A stretch of 62,768 bases of DNA, counting the filler, from Sphacelaria rigidula (lineage: Eukaryota), in assembly GCA_964200075.2 (NCBI GenBank). It is 7 parts of 7 records of this genome, joined end to end, with 100 filler letters (N's around TTAATTAATTAA, not from the genome) between each part and the next. Parts side by side here need not be neighbours in the genome. Positions count along the whole stretch, not along the records: positions 35,929 to 44,808 come from CAXNAA020009850.1; positions 44,909 to 53,788 come from CAXNAA020009851.1; 5 more parts are not named here. The stretch is one strand, 5' to 3'. The notes beneath the pieces are model-generated. The model was given only the letters and a program-made list of their open reading frames with translations. It was not told the origin of the DNA and ran no database searches. Shown in pieces: positions 37,224-50,095 of the stretch. A program made the position numbers and the translations under genes. Positions within the stretch are counted from its first letter, which is position 1, and each line of letters opens with the position of its first letter.

Positions 37224-40200
37224 TCTTCGAGTGAACAGCCTTTTCAGTGTATTCTACAGTACTGATCAACCACGGGACAGAGGTACCCTCTTTACGGCTT
37301 TTGACTGTTACATGCGGTGGGATTTGCTACCATAGTAGGCGTATGTCGTGTCCTCACGTACGCAATGTCTGGCTGGGAGGCTCCGCTTATCACGGTGTTG
37401 GGTAGCCTCACCAAGTCACTTCCTTCTCTTCCTTCTCTTTGACTTGCTCAATCAAGTTATGTAATACTACTCTTCTACAACAACATGATCGGGTCGGCCG
37501 TGTCCCTTGATCGACTTCATCAGTCATGTCCAGCTGTCCCTGTGTATGGATAACGTATCAAGGAACACACTCTCGAGAGTGCATTTGATATGTCAATGGC
37601 GTGTGGTCCAAGCGACCAAAATGGCAGGACCAAAGGACGCGGTCATACCCCCAACAGCGACCGGGGACGACGCGGATGTAAGAGGCAGTATGTGTAAAGC
37701 AAAGACAGCGATGTCCCGACAAGTGCACGGGGCACTGTCCGCGGGCGGGGAGAAGAAATCAGGTGGTGAGACGCACCTCACCACGCGCCCGGGATTTGGG
37801 ACGTCCCGGTGCAGGACGGTCGAAAGACCAGCTCAGGCCAGCTCTGGGGAGTGGGCTTTGTCGAATTATCCACTGCACCTGTGAGGGACGTGTTCTGCGA
37901 AAACGACGTCACCACTCAGCTGCAACACTGTGCAGGGGGCGCGCGCCGTCTATCTTGTGCGTGGAGAAGGGGTACAGAAGATTCATCGCGGGACACATGT
38001 CCCAAACGTGAGTACTACACCGGATGGAGTGGTGCTACGGAGATTTATTGGTTTGCAAGGCGTTTCTAATTCCCGGGACTACAGTACAGTACCCGCGCTG
38101 TGATGGGTCCTGATTTTGTGGGTGGAGCCAAACTGTTACATGACAATCATGGGGACGAAACGTAATGGTGGCGGTAAGCGTGTCTGCAGGCGGCTGCTGA
38201 TCAGTGTGTTCCAGACGGATATGGGGATGCGATGTGTGGCGCTGTAGTATGCTTCTCATGTGTCAACAGTAGGGTAAGATGTCAGAGGACCTGAGCTGAA
38301 GCGGCTGTATGACTGAAAAACTGCTGGGTATGTTTTCCCCATTTCAGTGGGATGGAGTTTCTCGAGAGGATAGTTGATGCATTCCGTCCTGCGGTTGTTT
38401 GTAACAAAATATCTGGGCCAACGCGTAAAATTAGACGGGGTATTATACGACGATGTGTGATGGAAATAAAAAAAATGCCCGCAAGAACCTCACGTATTTT
38501 GTGAAACATGAAAGACTGTTAGACTGGGTACAGTAGGTGGATGGCCTTATTGACCGGCGTTGAGACCTTTTTTCAGGGATATACCGATCTCAACGTTAGT
38601 GAGTTGCACCTTCTTTCATCCCTGAAAGTGTAGGTTACCGTTTCTCTAACTTGGCAGGTTGGCGATGAAGCGTGCTTGTTATCATATCGGGTGGATGACT
38701 CGATTGCATGATGATGTCAGTAGGCGAATGACCTAATTGACCAGCGTAGAGACCGTTTTGTAGGGATATAGCGATCTCAACGTTAGTGAATTGCACCTTC
38801 CATCATCCCTGAAAGTGTAGGTTACCGTTTCTCTAACTTGGCAGGTTGACGATGAAGTGTGCTTGTTGTCATATCGGGTGTATGACTCGAGTGCATGACG
38901 TCGGTAGGTGATCGACGTCGGGACCTTTTTACAAGGACGTACCGTTCCCGACGTTGGAGTATTACACTATTCGCTTTCCCTTGGAGTGTAGGTTGATGTT
39001 CCTTAGCTTGGTTGGTTGACGGGTAGGTATCTCGATTGCATAAGAGTATTGCACGATCCACCCTCCCTTGGAGTGTAGGTTGAATACCCCTAACTGGGTT
39101 GGTTAATGGCAAAATGTATTTCGGTACCTGGTTATCTGCGGATAGACCTATCGTTTTGGCGTTTGGGTTATGTTTACATGAAAAGCCGACCCAGTCAAAT
39201 GTATTCCGTTTTTTTCGTCACCTGTGGAGTTTGGGGCACGGGGCACCCTTCCCAGCTAGCATGGTTGTCGACACATGATGAAGACCGTCTCGAAAAGTGC
39301 AGTGCGGGTAGGACACCCCTGGCTTGATTGTACAGATGATATGGGTATTTAGGTATCTCAGTGGAGTAAAGAAGTATCCATGTGATTGATGACGACCAGT
39401 TGAATCCTAAGACATATACTCCGTAGAGTCAAAATTCTTGGTTTGATGATACTGCTTGATCCTTCATTTTTACAGAGTAGATAGGGGCAATTATCCTCGT
39501 GAACTTGCTGGACTGCCCCTCGATTTCGTTCCCAAAAAGGTGGAAACACGAGAGGTGTCAAAGTGCGTTTGGTCGCGGTTTGCGGCATTGACGGTTAATT
39601 AACTGGGTGTACTAATGATCATGCATGCCATAGTCATACGACCATTGACCTCGCATCGGGGTGGGGGCTGTTTGAAAAGAGACAGTAGTTACCGGTGCCC
39701 TGTGAGGCACAGACTAAGTACACATCACGTATTCCGAATGTGGTAGGAATGAAAAAAAAAAAACACGTTATGCATGACACGAGAAAAAGAAGAAATGCTA
39801 CTTTGCACCCGTTTTGGATGTAGTTTTGGGGCTGTGAGCTGGAAAAACGAGGACCATACGGTAGACAAGAGGTGTTATCGCACGATACGATGAAACAAGA
39901 AATGCTCCTTTTTCACCCCATGTGATTGGTGGTCAAGATATATGTTGGCGGCACTGGAATCATTTGCGGTGGTAAACATGCTTGCACGGCATGCTGAAAC
40001 AAAAGTGTAACTGGAAGCACGGATGCGTAAACATACAGATGACTGTTGAGATGCGACTCTTTGTGGGATAATATTTTTGACTGTTTGATTATAACGGTCG
40101 GTGCAGCGAGATATCACTATATTGATGAGACCTGGTAATTAATATGCTTCTGGATATTTCCCTATTTTCACTGTGTTGCGTCGAGCCTCACTTCCCGGTG

Positions 40201-41511
40201 AGGCTCGATATCTGAAATTGTTTCTCCTGCGATAGGTGGCAAGCTAATGTTGGGTGGACGCGAACCGGCAACGAGCGCAACCTCCCGCTGCATGGATCTC
40301 TTGATGGACATCGGTGGAAAAAGGAAAAAATGCTCCACGATGCAGACGCCCCCCCCCCATTGCCGTAGCCCGAAACGAGGGGGGCAAGAGAGAGACGCAG
40401 ACTGTTTGAAAGGGAAAAATGAGGGGGAGGAGGCTGTGATTGTCATTTTGTGCTTTTGATTGCGCGTGTTGGAAACAGTTGAGCAAAAAATCGCTCTCCC
40501 GGTTCGCCACGTAGAATTTTGATACGCGATTGGTTATACGCTTGATAGACTATGCCGGAAGATGTCGACAATTATTGCTCCGCCAGATCACGATGCAAGA
40601 GTTGCATGGTCTTTCGACTGAAATCACTTTTTTCTGTTTGTTGTTTCGGAGATTGATACCTCGAAGATTTGAAAATAGGGCATGTATACTTGATGATGCG
40701 CACGCTGTACTGCAAGATGGGCGTAAAATAAACCTCACCTGAGGGGCTTGATTTTGTACCATGTTGCAGAGTTAGATGCTCGTCTGAACCGACACTCGGT
40801 GTGCACTGTATTGCTTGCACCATGGGGAGGCGCAAAGCGTGAGAGTCTGTGTTAGCGAATTCCAAGTACGGATATTATTATCATTCTGGTTTCGCGAGAG
40901 CTTGATTTTGAATCGTGGTACGCTGATCGGGATCTTTTAGCGCAAGAATTTGAATGAGGCACAGGGGATTTCGGAGTAACTTTTCGAGAGAAGAGGCATA
41001 CCTATGATTCTGGTAGATATTGTCTCTGGGGATAGGTGCGATCTTTTTCCGAAAGTACCTGTTTAGTGAAGTGTGTAGTTTGGAGAGATGCCTCTGCTCA
41101 CAGGATGAATTGTTATTGTCTTGAATGGTTTCCCGTAAGCCTACTACTGAAATGACAGTGCAAGGGGGGCATTCGAGTGAATAGCCTCTTCAGTGTAGTC
41201 TACAGTACTGATCAACCACGGGACAGAGGTACCAGTCTTTACGGCTTTTGACTGTTACATGCGGTGGGATTTGCTACCATAGTAGGCGTATGTCATGTAC
41301 TCACGTACGCAATGCCTGACTGGGAGGCTCCGCTTATCACGGTGTTGGGTAGCCTCACCAAGTCACTTCCTTCTCTTCCTTCTCTTTGACTTGCTCAATC
41401 AAGTTATGTAATACTACTCTTCTACAACATGATCGGCTCGGCCGTGTCCCTTGATCGACTTCATCAGTCATGTCCAGCTGTCCCTGTGTACGGATCACGT
41501 ATCAAGGAACA
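37224..41511 (+). mobile_element. LTR retrotransposon, Copia-like, non-autonomous
   Basis: LTRs at 37224-37567 and 41170-41511, both ending GAACA. 5-bp TSD TACCC (37219-23 and 41512-16). Polypurine tract AAGGGGGG before the 3' LTR. Decayed RT traces (GVKVRLVA at ~39555, MQELHGL at ~40590). Confidence 0.88.
38550..39105 (+). repeat. Tandem repeats inside the LTR element (~190 bp x2, ~80 bp x2)
   Basis: CGATCTCAACGTTAGTGA..CCCTGAAAGTGTAGGTTACCGTTTCTCTAACTTGGCAGGTTG twice; CCCTTGGAGTGTAGGTTGA twice. Confidence 0.85.
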
Positions 41512-41582
41512 TACCCTCCTCGCGGTCCAAGGGTTAACCCTTGTGGGACCGTCTACCCCACAATCGTGTGTTAGCGGCAGGT

Positions 41583-42985
41583 AACACTGTTGTCGTGAGA
41601 TTGAGAGTAGGGTGTTGATTGAGAGTGAGTTCTATCGCATTCGCTGAAAGTTTGCCAATTATCCATTCCGTGTGTGCTTTTATTTGCCTGCATCACTGCG
41701 GCGTGTGCCTAGAGCTACACGTCGATATCCTACTCAGGGATATCAAGTGCTTCAGGTCATATTTTTTCATGGCAGTCACAAATCTCGATTTTCTTCAACA
41801 TCGGGGGGGAAAGAATCGGGGAAAGCATTTTATGGGCCCCGATTTGGACCATATCCGGGCAGAAAAGATCGGGGCGTCGAGATCTCAGAGCTATTTCCCC
41901 CGATTTTTAGGTGAAGTACGTGCATTGACGTAAAATGGTAGGGTACGGGGCGTATGATATTTTCGCAAACGTAGCAGAAGACAATCTCGTGGCAGCGCGG
42001 GGCGTGCCTGCCCGCACCAGCTTCTGAAGCACGTGGTTTGACAAACGGATAATAAGTGCTGACGCCGTACCCTGCGGCGATGGTAATATCTTACGCTGCG
42101 CTGCGCTGCCATATGTATCACTATTATAACAAACGATACTGTACCCTCCTCGTCTGTTGTCGCTGTACTTGCAGGGTGATGTATGGCTCTGCACTACTGA
42201 ACTCAGCTCGCGCACTGTTTGTTCACTGCTCTCGCAATACCGACTGTGCCATCATGTGCTTCCACTCGGCATAATCATGTACTGTACTGATGGAGTGTTT
42301 TGCACTGTATTACCTTACGGTAACAAGGTACGACACTGTACTCGAAGGACTATTCACTGCCTGCCTGCTCTTCGGCTTCACAGAAGAGTACGCAGTACCG
42401 CACTCGTGCAGAAAATGACGGTCTATGCACAGAACTGTTTTACGAGTCTGTGATACCGTCTGTACCATGAAACGTTCCCCCGCGTTTTGAGTTTGCAAAT
42501 TTCAAGTCTAAAAAAATCGAGATTCGTTGCCATAAAAGTGGCAAGCTACTCCAGAAAGCATGTCAGGCCTCGTGGAGGGGCATCTCGGAACTGGATCTTT
42601 TTGCTCGAGTTTTGTCGATATTTGAAGGTTGCAATGAGTTCATTTTGCGCAGATATCCCAAACGGAGGATGGGTAGAGATTCACGGTTATTTTTTGTTTT
42701 TGCAGGATCAGTGTCTGCTGCCTCCTTTCGATTCTTCATTTTGGTTCGAGTTTTGTAGTTGTTTGAAGGGTGAATAGTTCATTTTGCGTTGATTTCTCAG
42801 TCGGAGACTGGGTGGAGCTGCACGGCTATATTTTTAGGTGTGCAAGATCAGTGCCTTTTGCCCCGTTTCGATTCTTTTTCGGTCGGATTTTATCGCCGTT
42901 GATGATGCTGAAAGTAAAAAAAGACAAAAAAGGAGAATATCTAAATGTCGAAAGAGTCATCTCTCAATCATATCCTCGCCTCTGA
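41583..42985. mobile_element. MITE family A copy split by nested insertions
   Basis: Family A TIR at 41583; body to ~41755; resumes at ~42535-42595 and ~42955. The insert 41762-42538 has its own TIRs (ATGGCA..AATCTCGATTTT). 42595-42880 is a ~140-bp tandem pair. Confidence 0.65.
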
Positions 42986-43030
42986 GCACTCCATTATGTG
43001 GGCGACGGCTGATGCCTATCTCATTATTAA

Positions 43031-43132
43031 CCCTCAGACCGAGATGCGGGTAGCCCATCTGGATCACGCATACTTTTTTCAAGTGATCATTGATGCCGAC
43101 TCAGCAGGTAACCTACCCTCGCGGTCAAAGGA
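43031..43132. mobile_element. ~100-bp piggyBac-like MITE (TTAA flanks)
   Basis: TTAA|CCCTCAGACCG...CGGTCAAAGGA|TTAA. Sister copies at 36357-36458, ~36704-36890 and ~37055-37223 (+41517-41533, split by the LTR element). Confidence 0.75.
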
Positions 43133-44074
43133 TTAACCTTCGTCTTGGCAATTGCTCCATTCGGCGGTGGCGCGAAGCGCCAAAAACCTTGTATTACTAT
43201 TCTCATTCATTAAGTTTGTCCGCATTCCGGGTCTCTGGACGCAGGTGCAACAATCACGGGGCCTTACAGCGCACCATTCCTCCGAAGTCCGACGCATCAG
43301 CGGCCAGTAATTAATTCTTCCGTTTCTCTGTGATGAACAGCATCTCCTGATTTTTCTTGGGAATTCGCGCTTTCGTCGATTTATTCATTCAGAATTTCAC
43401 AATTTTCTGCGACTTCCGCACCACTGACTACTCTACCCCTCCCTCGGAATCTCACTATTCCTGCAACTTTTACCACTGACAACTCTACCTTTCTCGGATT
43501 ATCATACTCTTTTCTCTGCCACTTCCGCACCACCTCACGAGTGACTTCGCCAGCCGTTTGCGCGGGATCTACTCTGGAACCAGTGACGTTTCCAGCCGTT
43601 TGACCTCCTTTCGCGCCCAGTGACGCTCCCAGCCGTTTGACCTCCGTTTCGCAATATTTGATTCTTCCGTTTCTCTGTTATCACTACAGCTTTTTTCCCG
43701 TTTTCTTTCTACGGACTTGAAAGAATTTTTTTCATTTTGTCTTCAGCCCGTCTCGAGTCTCCTGCCCGGCCGTCCGCACCTCTCTCGCTGTTGGATACAC
43801 CTACCTCTCTATTTCTCCACCACTACCCGTCTCGAGTCTCCTTTCTGCAGCAGTTTGTTTTGTTGGAGCTCACCGCGTGCCGCGCCTGGCGCGAAGGTGC
43901 CCCGTATACCGTAGGGTAGTGTATATAGATATATTTCACTATGGCGGCGACCTTCTTCTCGCTGAGCGTTGCGGCGTCAGTCGCATGATCATTACGTACG
44001 TGAATATCACCACTAGTACGTATACCTTGACTGAGATCGCTCCGGCCGAGCGCCCAAACACAGGCCTTGATATC

Positions 44075-44790
44075 TTGAAAACGATGCCGATTTCACAAAT
44101 TCATTATTTGATGTCGTCAGCAAATGGACAACACCGGCGGTCCAAGTCTTTACTTCGTTATCAGCCCCTTTCTTCACAATATTCGCGTCTTTTATTGACT
44201 GACCCAACTGCACTTCAACACTAACCCAGTCGTGCCCCGAGAAAGGCAGACCTCGAACACTCACTCGCGCAGCGAGGGTGCTCTATTGCTCCGCAGGCAG
44301 ATGGTGCTTCGTCCGACGGCGTAGATACGAACCCTCCGGCCCAGTGAAAACATTCATCTAGTGGTGGAATCGGCATCATTTCTAGGGCCTTTCCGAGTAA
44401 AAATTATGCCGATTCCACATCAAACTCCGCCACTTTGATGAGAATGGTGCCGATTTCACGAGTTAATCAATTGATGCCGTCAACAAGTGGACACCTCCGG
44501 CGGTACAAGGCTTTATTCTTAATATCTGCATTCTTGACAGACTGACCCAAATGCACTTCAACACTAACCCCAGTCGTACCCCGAGCAAGGCACACCTCGA
44601 ACACTCGGGCAGCGAGGGTGTTCTATCGCTCCGTAGCCAGAGAGTGCTTTGTTCTACGGCGTGGGTACAAACCTTCGACCCAGTGGAGGTGTTCATTTAT
44701 TTGTGGAATCGGTATCATTTTCAGCCCTTTTCGAGTAAACATGATGCCGATTCCGCACATGAACACCTGCGGCGCTAGAGGGATTTACCG
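44075..44790 (+). repeat. ~350-bp unit tandem x2 (another copy at ~36490-36690)
   Basis: ACTGACCCAA.TGCACTTCAACACTAACCC.AGTCGT.CCCCGAG.AAGGCA.ACCTCGAACACTC..CAGCGAGGGTG.TCTAT.GCTCCG repeated; GATGCCGATT/AATCGGCATC motifs. Confidence 0.85.
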
Positions 44791-45639
44791 GAAGATCGCG
44801 ATTTGTTGNNNNNNNNNNNNNNNNNNNNNNNNNNNNNNNNNNNNNNNNNNNNTTAATTAATTAANNNNNNNNNNNNNNNNNNNNNNNNNNNNNNNNNNNN
44901 NNNNNNNNGGTGTAGATTCCCCTGTTCTTGGAGATAGAATCAAGATCCCACACCCCCCCCCCCCCCCCTGCTAGCATGCGATGACTCGTTTATAAAACAA
45001 ATGGTGGATTACAAGCGAGTAGAGCGCGGCACGCGCTTGAGCAGGCAGACTGACTGTCACATACAGAGAGATCCGACGCTACTGTTTACCGTAAAGGGCT
45101 TTATAGCATGATGCCGGGAATATCATCACTCTTGTGCGAGCACAAATAAGGAGCACCCCCACCATGCTCATAATAGGACGTGGAAAGCACAAGGCGCACG
45201 ATATAGATATAAAAAACAGGAAAAACGTCAATCGAGACACCAAAATGCAGTCCTTCTAGGCAGTTTTTCAAGTTTGTTATGGTCGGATAGCGTACCCCGG
45301 TGCAGGGTGTCTGCCAAAATAGAGTATTCCAGGGCACCGGGGGTATCGACTGCCGACAACACCGAGTTTTCCAGGGTTCCCGAGGTATCAATACCCGCAC
45401 AATACGTTTCTCCTGAACCACAACCGACGCTCACCACCTCTGGAACATTAGTGTGCTGAAGCGTTGCAAAACCGTCCTCACGGATGCCGGGGAGGGGGAG
45501 GGGGAGGGGTTGGAAATTACCGTGTACAGAACCCTTGCTTCACTGTTTTTTCGTTTATGGCGCCTTTTTTTCGATCTTCTCCCCTCTTTCATAAAATCTG
45601 GGTAGGTTGATCGTGAAGTTTGCATCTTGTTTTTGAGTG

Positions 45640-47120
45640 TTAGTGCAATTCAAATCGATCCCCCGTCTCCATAGGTTCCCCCCACCTCCCCGCGGCCTTC
45701 CTCAACGTCCCTCCATCTCCCGTTTTGTAACAACTATCTCTACAGGATCTGGCGAAGGCTTGTGAAGGCATCCCTGCTTTGGTAGAGGCGAACCTACATG
45801 TTGTCACGGACAACCGGGCGAGGGCGGCGGCAGGAGAAGGATATCTGCAGGTCTTGCAGAGGTCCCCAAAACGATAATTCGTCTTGGGCAGAACACTTGG
45901 CATGTAGATACTGGCGGGATCGTGGTAGTGATATCCTCAGGGATGACGTCATCCGTCCGGGTGCTGCAGTACAGCTCTGTTCGCGAGTAACGGAACAAAA
46001 ATCGAACCGAAAATCGAGCGCGACGTTTGGTTGCGTTCGATTGTTCCGAGGATATCCACTACACAACACGAATCTTGGTTGGTTTATTTGTTACCCTGTG
46101 CCCAGGACGCAATCCAGTCGTCAGCATGAGGCCGAGTTTTGTTAAATTATGAGGTTTCTGTACTATTACAATAGCTTGCCATGAGCCTCTCACCGGCGAC
46201 AAGGCAAGAAATGACGTGGTGTGAAGTATAGATGACAGACAGGTTTTTTCACCGTCGAGATATTAATCGGACTGTCTGTCATCCTCTCTCCCAGCGGGTA
46301 TCCGAGGGAGCATCCACCATATTTTTTGTTGGAGATGACAAGGGTGCTGATGTAATGGTACAATAGTGACAAGCGTGAGAAACCAACACGCTGACCACAT
46401 CCGTGATACTTCTACCCCAGACCTACTCGACAACTGCACTGTGGAAGCATGCCGTCAATCCAAAATAGTGGTGCGGGTGGATTTGACTATGCAACCAATT
46501 TACAACAGAACGTCCCTCTTCACGTCCGGGATATCTGAAAATTATGAGTACTGGCTGAGAAGGGAGCCTTGGAGTACTGTCGGCAACTGACACCGATACC
46601 GAAAACGGGTCATGCTTCATAGCGTGTGATGTACTTCGACAAAAAATGTGTTCGAAGAGACGCTCGGACTTCTCCTTTACGCACACCAAAGAAGGGCTCA
46701 CATAAATGCGCCAGCAGTATACTATTGATACCAAGATATAATCGGACGATGACGCGTGGCAAACATCATTGGACAAAGTCTGGAGACCGCCACCTCGGCT
46801 TTGCATGGCCCTCTTTCTGTACATAAGATCCGCTGATGCATCCAATTATGACGCTCTTTGAAGTGTGTTTCCGGACGACCCGACACCTTGAAAAAAAGTT
46901 GGTATATTCATTATTTGAATAATGGAAACCCTGATAACTTGAGGACGGTCAGAACGTTGTTTGTCGGTGCGGCTGCGCACCTGTCCAACGTACCCTCTTG
47001 TTTGACACCCTGTCTCGCTCCTTGGATTTACCATCACAGGATATTCATCACCTGTTAATTGTGACAGCGACCGTGCTTGTTCGCTCGAAACGCTGCCCGG
47101 GTGGCATAAAGGTTTAATAT
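45640..47120 (-). mobile_element. Degenerate Ty3/Gypsy RT-RNaseH relic (tentative)
   Basis: Broken frames in the expected order: SGF.., LG..YCWRI, LPSQPVLIIF, YISTL..N, NYRF..AAALARL (cf. LxxPPVLxFP, YISR, NADxLSRL). Confidence 0.45.
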
Positions 47121-47289
47121 TTTCGCACCGTGTCATAAAAGGTAGAGAAGCTACTAAAAAATCGCGAATGTAACTGGAGTGGCAAGACGATTTCATATTG
47201 ATACTTTCGGCACATATGTGTAGTCACAACAGCTTTTTCGCCAAACTACGACTCTAGCATTAGCTTGAGAGTGAGCCTTCAATAGGAAG

Positions 47290-47900
47290 TTGTTTCATCT
47301 GTCCATTCTTATCGGCAGTACGCCTCCACCGGTCCTCCCCGACAGTCGCCTGCTGCGATTCCTGTAGCAGAGTCTGCAGCCTTCGGTTTCTCTCCTTTGC
47401 ACGTCCTCACCCGAGCTGACCCCACTCGCACAAGGCTCCTGTTTCCTCTTATCCATGCTCGCTGCTAGCCCACCTGATTTGGCGAGTTCCCTCTCCGTTA
47501 CGTCCGGCCACCCTCGGGCCGTCACCATAACTCACGACGTGCCCGGCCAATATACAATAGCCGATTGAAAGGTGGAGAACGCTGACCGAGAGAGTTGCAC
47601 TGCTCTCCTAACAGACAAAATATTCGATAACCCCCACAACAGTTCGTACCCGACCTTTTTTGGTGTGCTTGTTTTGATGTCGGGCCGTCCGTCAAAATAA
47701 AAATGGATTTGGATGCCGAGACTCTTACCGACTCCCCACGCAGCATGAAGACATGTCGCGTAATTGAAATTTAGCATTTCGATCTGAGGCACATGTCGAG
47801 ACTTTCCTGCGAGTTGTCCTCGGAAAGTCGAGAACACTTTGGAGCCATGCTCCGATAGGGGGGGGCGTACTCCTCCGATAGGTGGAAAGGGATTTGATTG
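47290..47900 (-). mobile_element. LINE 3'-end relic (tentative)
   Basis: VTARGWPDVTE..LAASMDKRKQE resembles LINE ORF2 C-termini; weak. Confidence 0.3.
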
Positions 47901-47999
47901 CACGAAAAAAAGGCTCATAAGTGTGTCAGACGCTCTGCTGCGCTCGTAGCGCTTTTATATAATTCAAAACGGTATCAATCGGTATGAATGAGCGTCATT

Positions 48000-50095
48000 T
48001 ATCCATAACAAGCTCGTTCGAGCAACCCTTGCTGCTTTAAACGACGGTTTGAGTTGGAACTTCGTGCAAGAAGCGGCCCCAAATCCCCCCCCCCCCTATC
48101 GTAGGATGACTCTTTGAGCATGTGCATCCTGCGTTCATGTTCTAGCACGTCGTTCCACCCTCGATTTATTCGAGTGAGGACGAGGAGGGGGATCCGTCTT
48201 TTCTTATGAAATTGGTGAACAGTCACTAAAGTACATTATGTCGCAGGAGCAAATTATGCATTCGTTAGGTGTGGAAGGTAGCCTTTAGATAGGTTGCATT
48301 GTGTACGCAAGGCATCTATCCTAGGAACCCGTACTACAGTTTACACCGGCTACTGTTATGATTCGAACCCGCTACATCACGCCAAGACCATGCATACATT
48401 TTGCTTGTTGAGTCGATTATATCTTTGCAGAAGAGCGGCACGCAATGAGCATTGCGTATAGCATGTAGGTCATCCTTGGTGAAGGGTGGGTGATGTCGCA
48501 TTCAGCAGTCAGCAATGGTTCAGTGCAGATCAGTTATCTTGAGAGGATATGTCATACTTGCCCTTGGATTCGAATGTTTGGTCTTTCTTTCTTTCTGACC
48601 TCGTGTGCGCTTTGCGGGTGGATAACGTCTTGATCTTTTATAAATCGTCATTGGGCTGAAGAATGGTTCGGCAGACCCGCAATCGCATCACCCTATAGCC
48701 TTCTATTCAGGGTCATCATCCACCCTGTAACATCCCCCCTCAATAGATTTGTCAGGTGTTTTACCAGGTATAACCTATCGAGCTGACATGAAAGGGGTAA
48801 CTCCATACCCACTCCTTTATGGTTTTTCATCGAGAAAGCACGGGATAGAGGCTCGTTTCGGCTGCACCTAGATTTGGCTTCTACCCGTTTCGGCTGCACT
48901 CATGGGACCGGGTAACTTTCTCATCTCCTACTGCATCTCCGAGCTTCAGTAAAAGTTTCACCCTTGTTCATCCCGCATGGGGTTCTTCACCTGTAAATCA
49001 CTCACTCGGGAGGGGTGCGCGTCTGGTGGCATGGCTTCTGCTACCTAGAGTTTGCAGTCGTCGGTATGTACTGGATGCCCCTCACTCTAAACTGCTAATT
49101 TCCGCAATTTCCCCCTGCTGAATTCCGACCACTCGTTGTTCGGGTATCTCACGCGCTCGTAAGGATCAATGCAATCATATAGCTCACCTGTCTCTACTCT
49201 ATCGCCGACGTTCCCGAGACGTGTCTTATGATGCTTGCACTCCGCCGCTGTCGGGCCTTTCGCTTGTCTCCCTGTTTGGCTTCTAGGACTACCTTAATCT
49301 GGTCTGGCTCACGTTTTCATGTTTGTTTCACAGACTTCTCTAGACCTAACGCGGTGTCAGTGCCACTCATTTGTCGTACAAGAGTGTCTATGGCAGCCGG
49401 GAGAGTACGGCAAAATAGTATTCGAAATGGGGGCATGTTGGAAGGGACGGATGGATCTGAGAGTGTACGTTTGGTCCACCACGTAGGGTCTACATACTCG
49501 TCCCACTTGTCGGACAATGTATCATGCATCCATGCCCCTGCTCTCTCAACGCTACCTTGACTTCCTGGGTGATTTGTGGGTCGGTAGTTCATTGATAACT
49601 CAAGTCGTCTACATCAATACCTCACTCATGCTGCTGCGGGCTCCCCCCTTTTTGGCTGCAAATTAGTTTAGGCATCACGAACGTTTCACACAGGATCAAT
49701 AGTAGGATGCGGGCCACCGGTATCGTCTCTTTTGCCGGGCGGGGGCAGGCAAAAGGGTTTTGGTGCCCAGTCGATAACCTGTGGTGTGTATCGAATACCG
49801 GATGTATGTATGAAGTGAGTGTCCTGGAAGTCAATCTCCAATATCAATCAGGGCTACAACAGGCAACCCTTTAGCATCGTTATAAGTTGAGACCGGCATT
49901 TTCCCAGCGTCTGCAACCGTATGATCGAGCGTACTCGCGGTAGTCTCTGTGCGTACTGTTCGAGCAGAAATGACCTTGCAAAAATAGCTTGGTGTGTGGT
50001 ACTTCATTGTGCGCGTATTTAGTGTGTATCAGTGCTGTCAGGTCACAAATCAGTTGTCGCTGGATGACTAAAGTTAACATGGTTATCACCGGTAC
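48000..50095 (-). mobile_element. Ty3/Gypsy integrase pseudogene
   Basis: Zinc-binding region ALIHTKYAH..HF..RDYREYARSYGCRR. Core PFACPRPAKE..VARILL..CETFVMPKLI, NHPGSQGSVER, KWDEYV..RT.SD.S.PSNMPPFRILF.R. Stops and frameshifts throughout. Confidence 0.85.
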
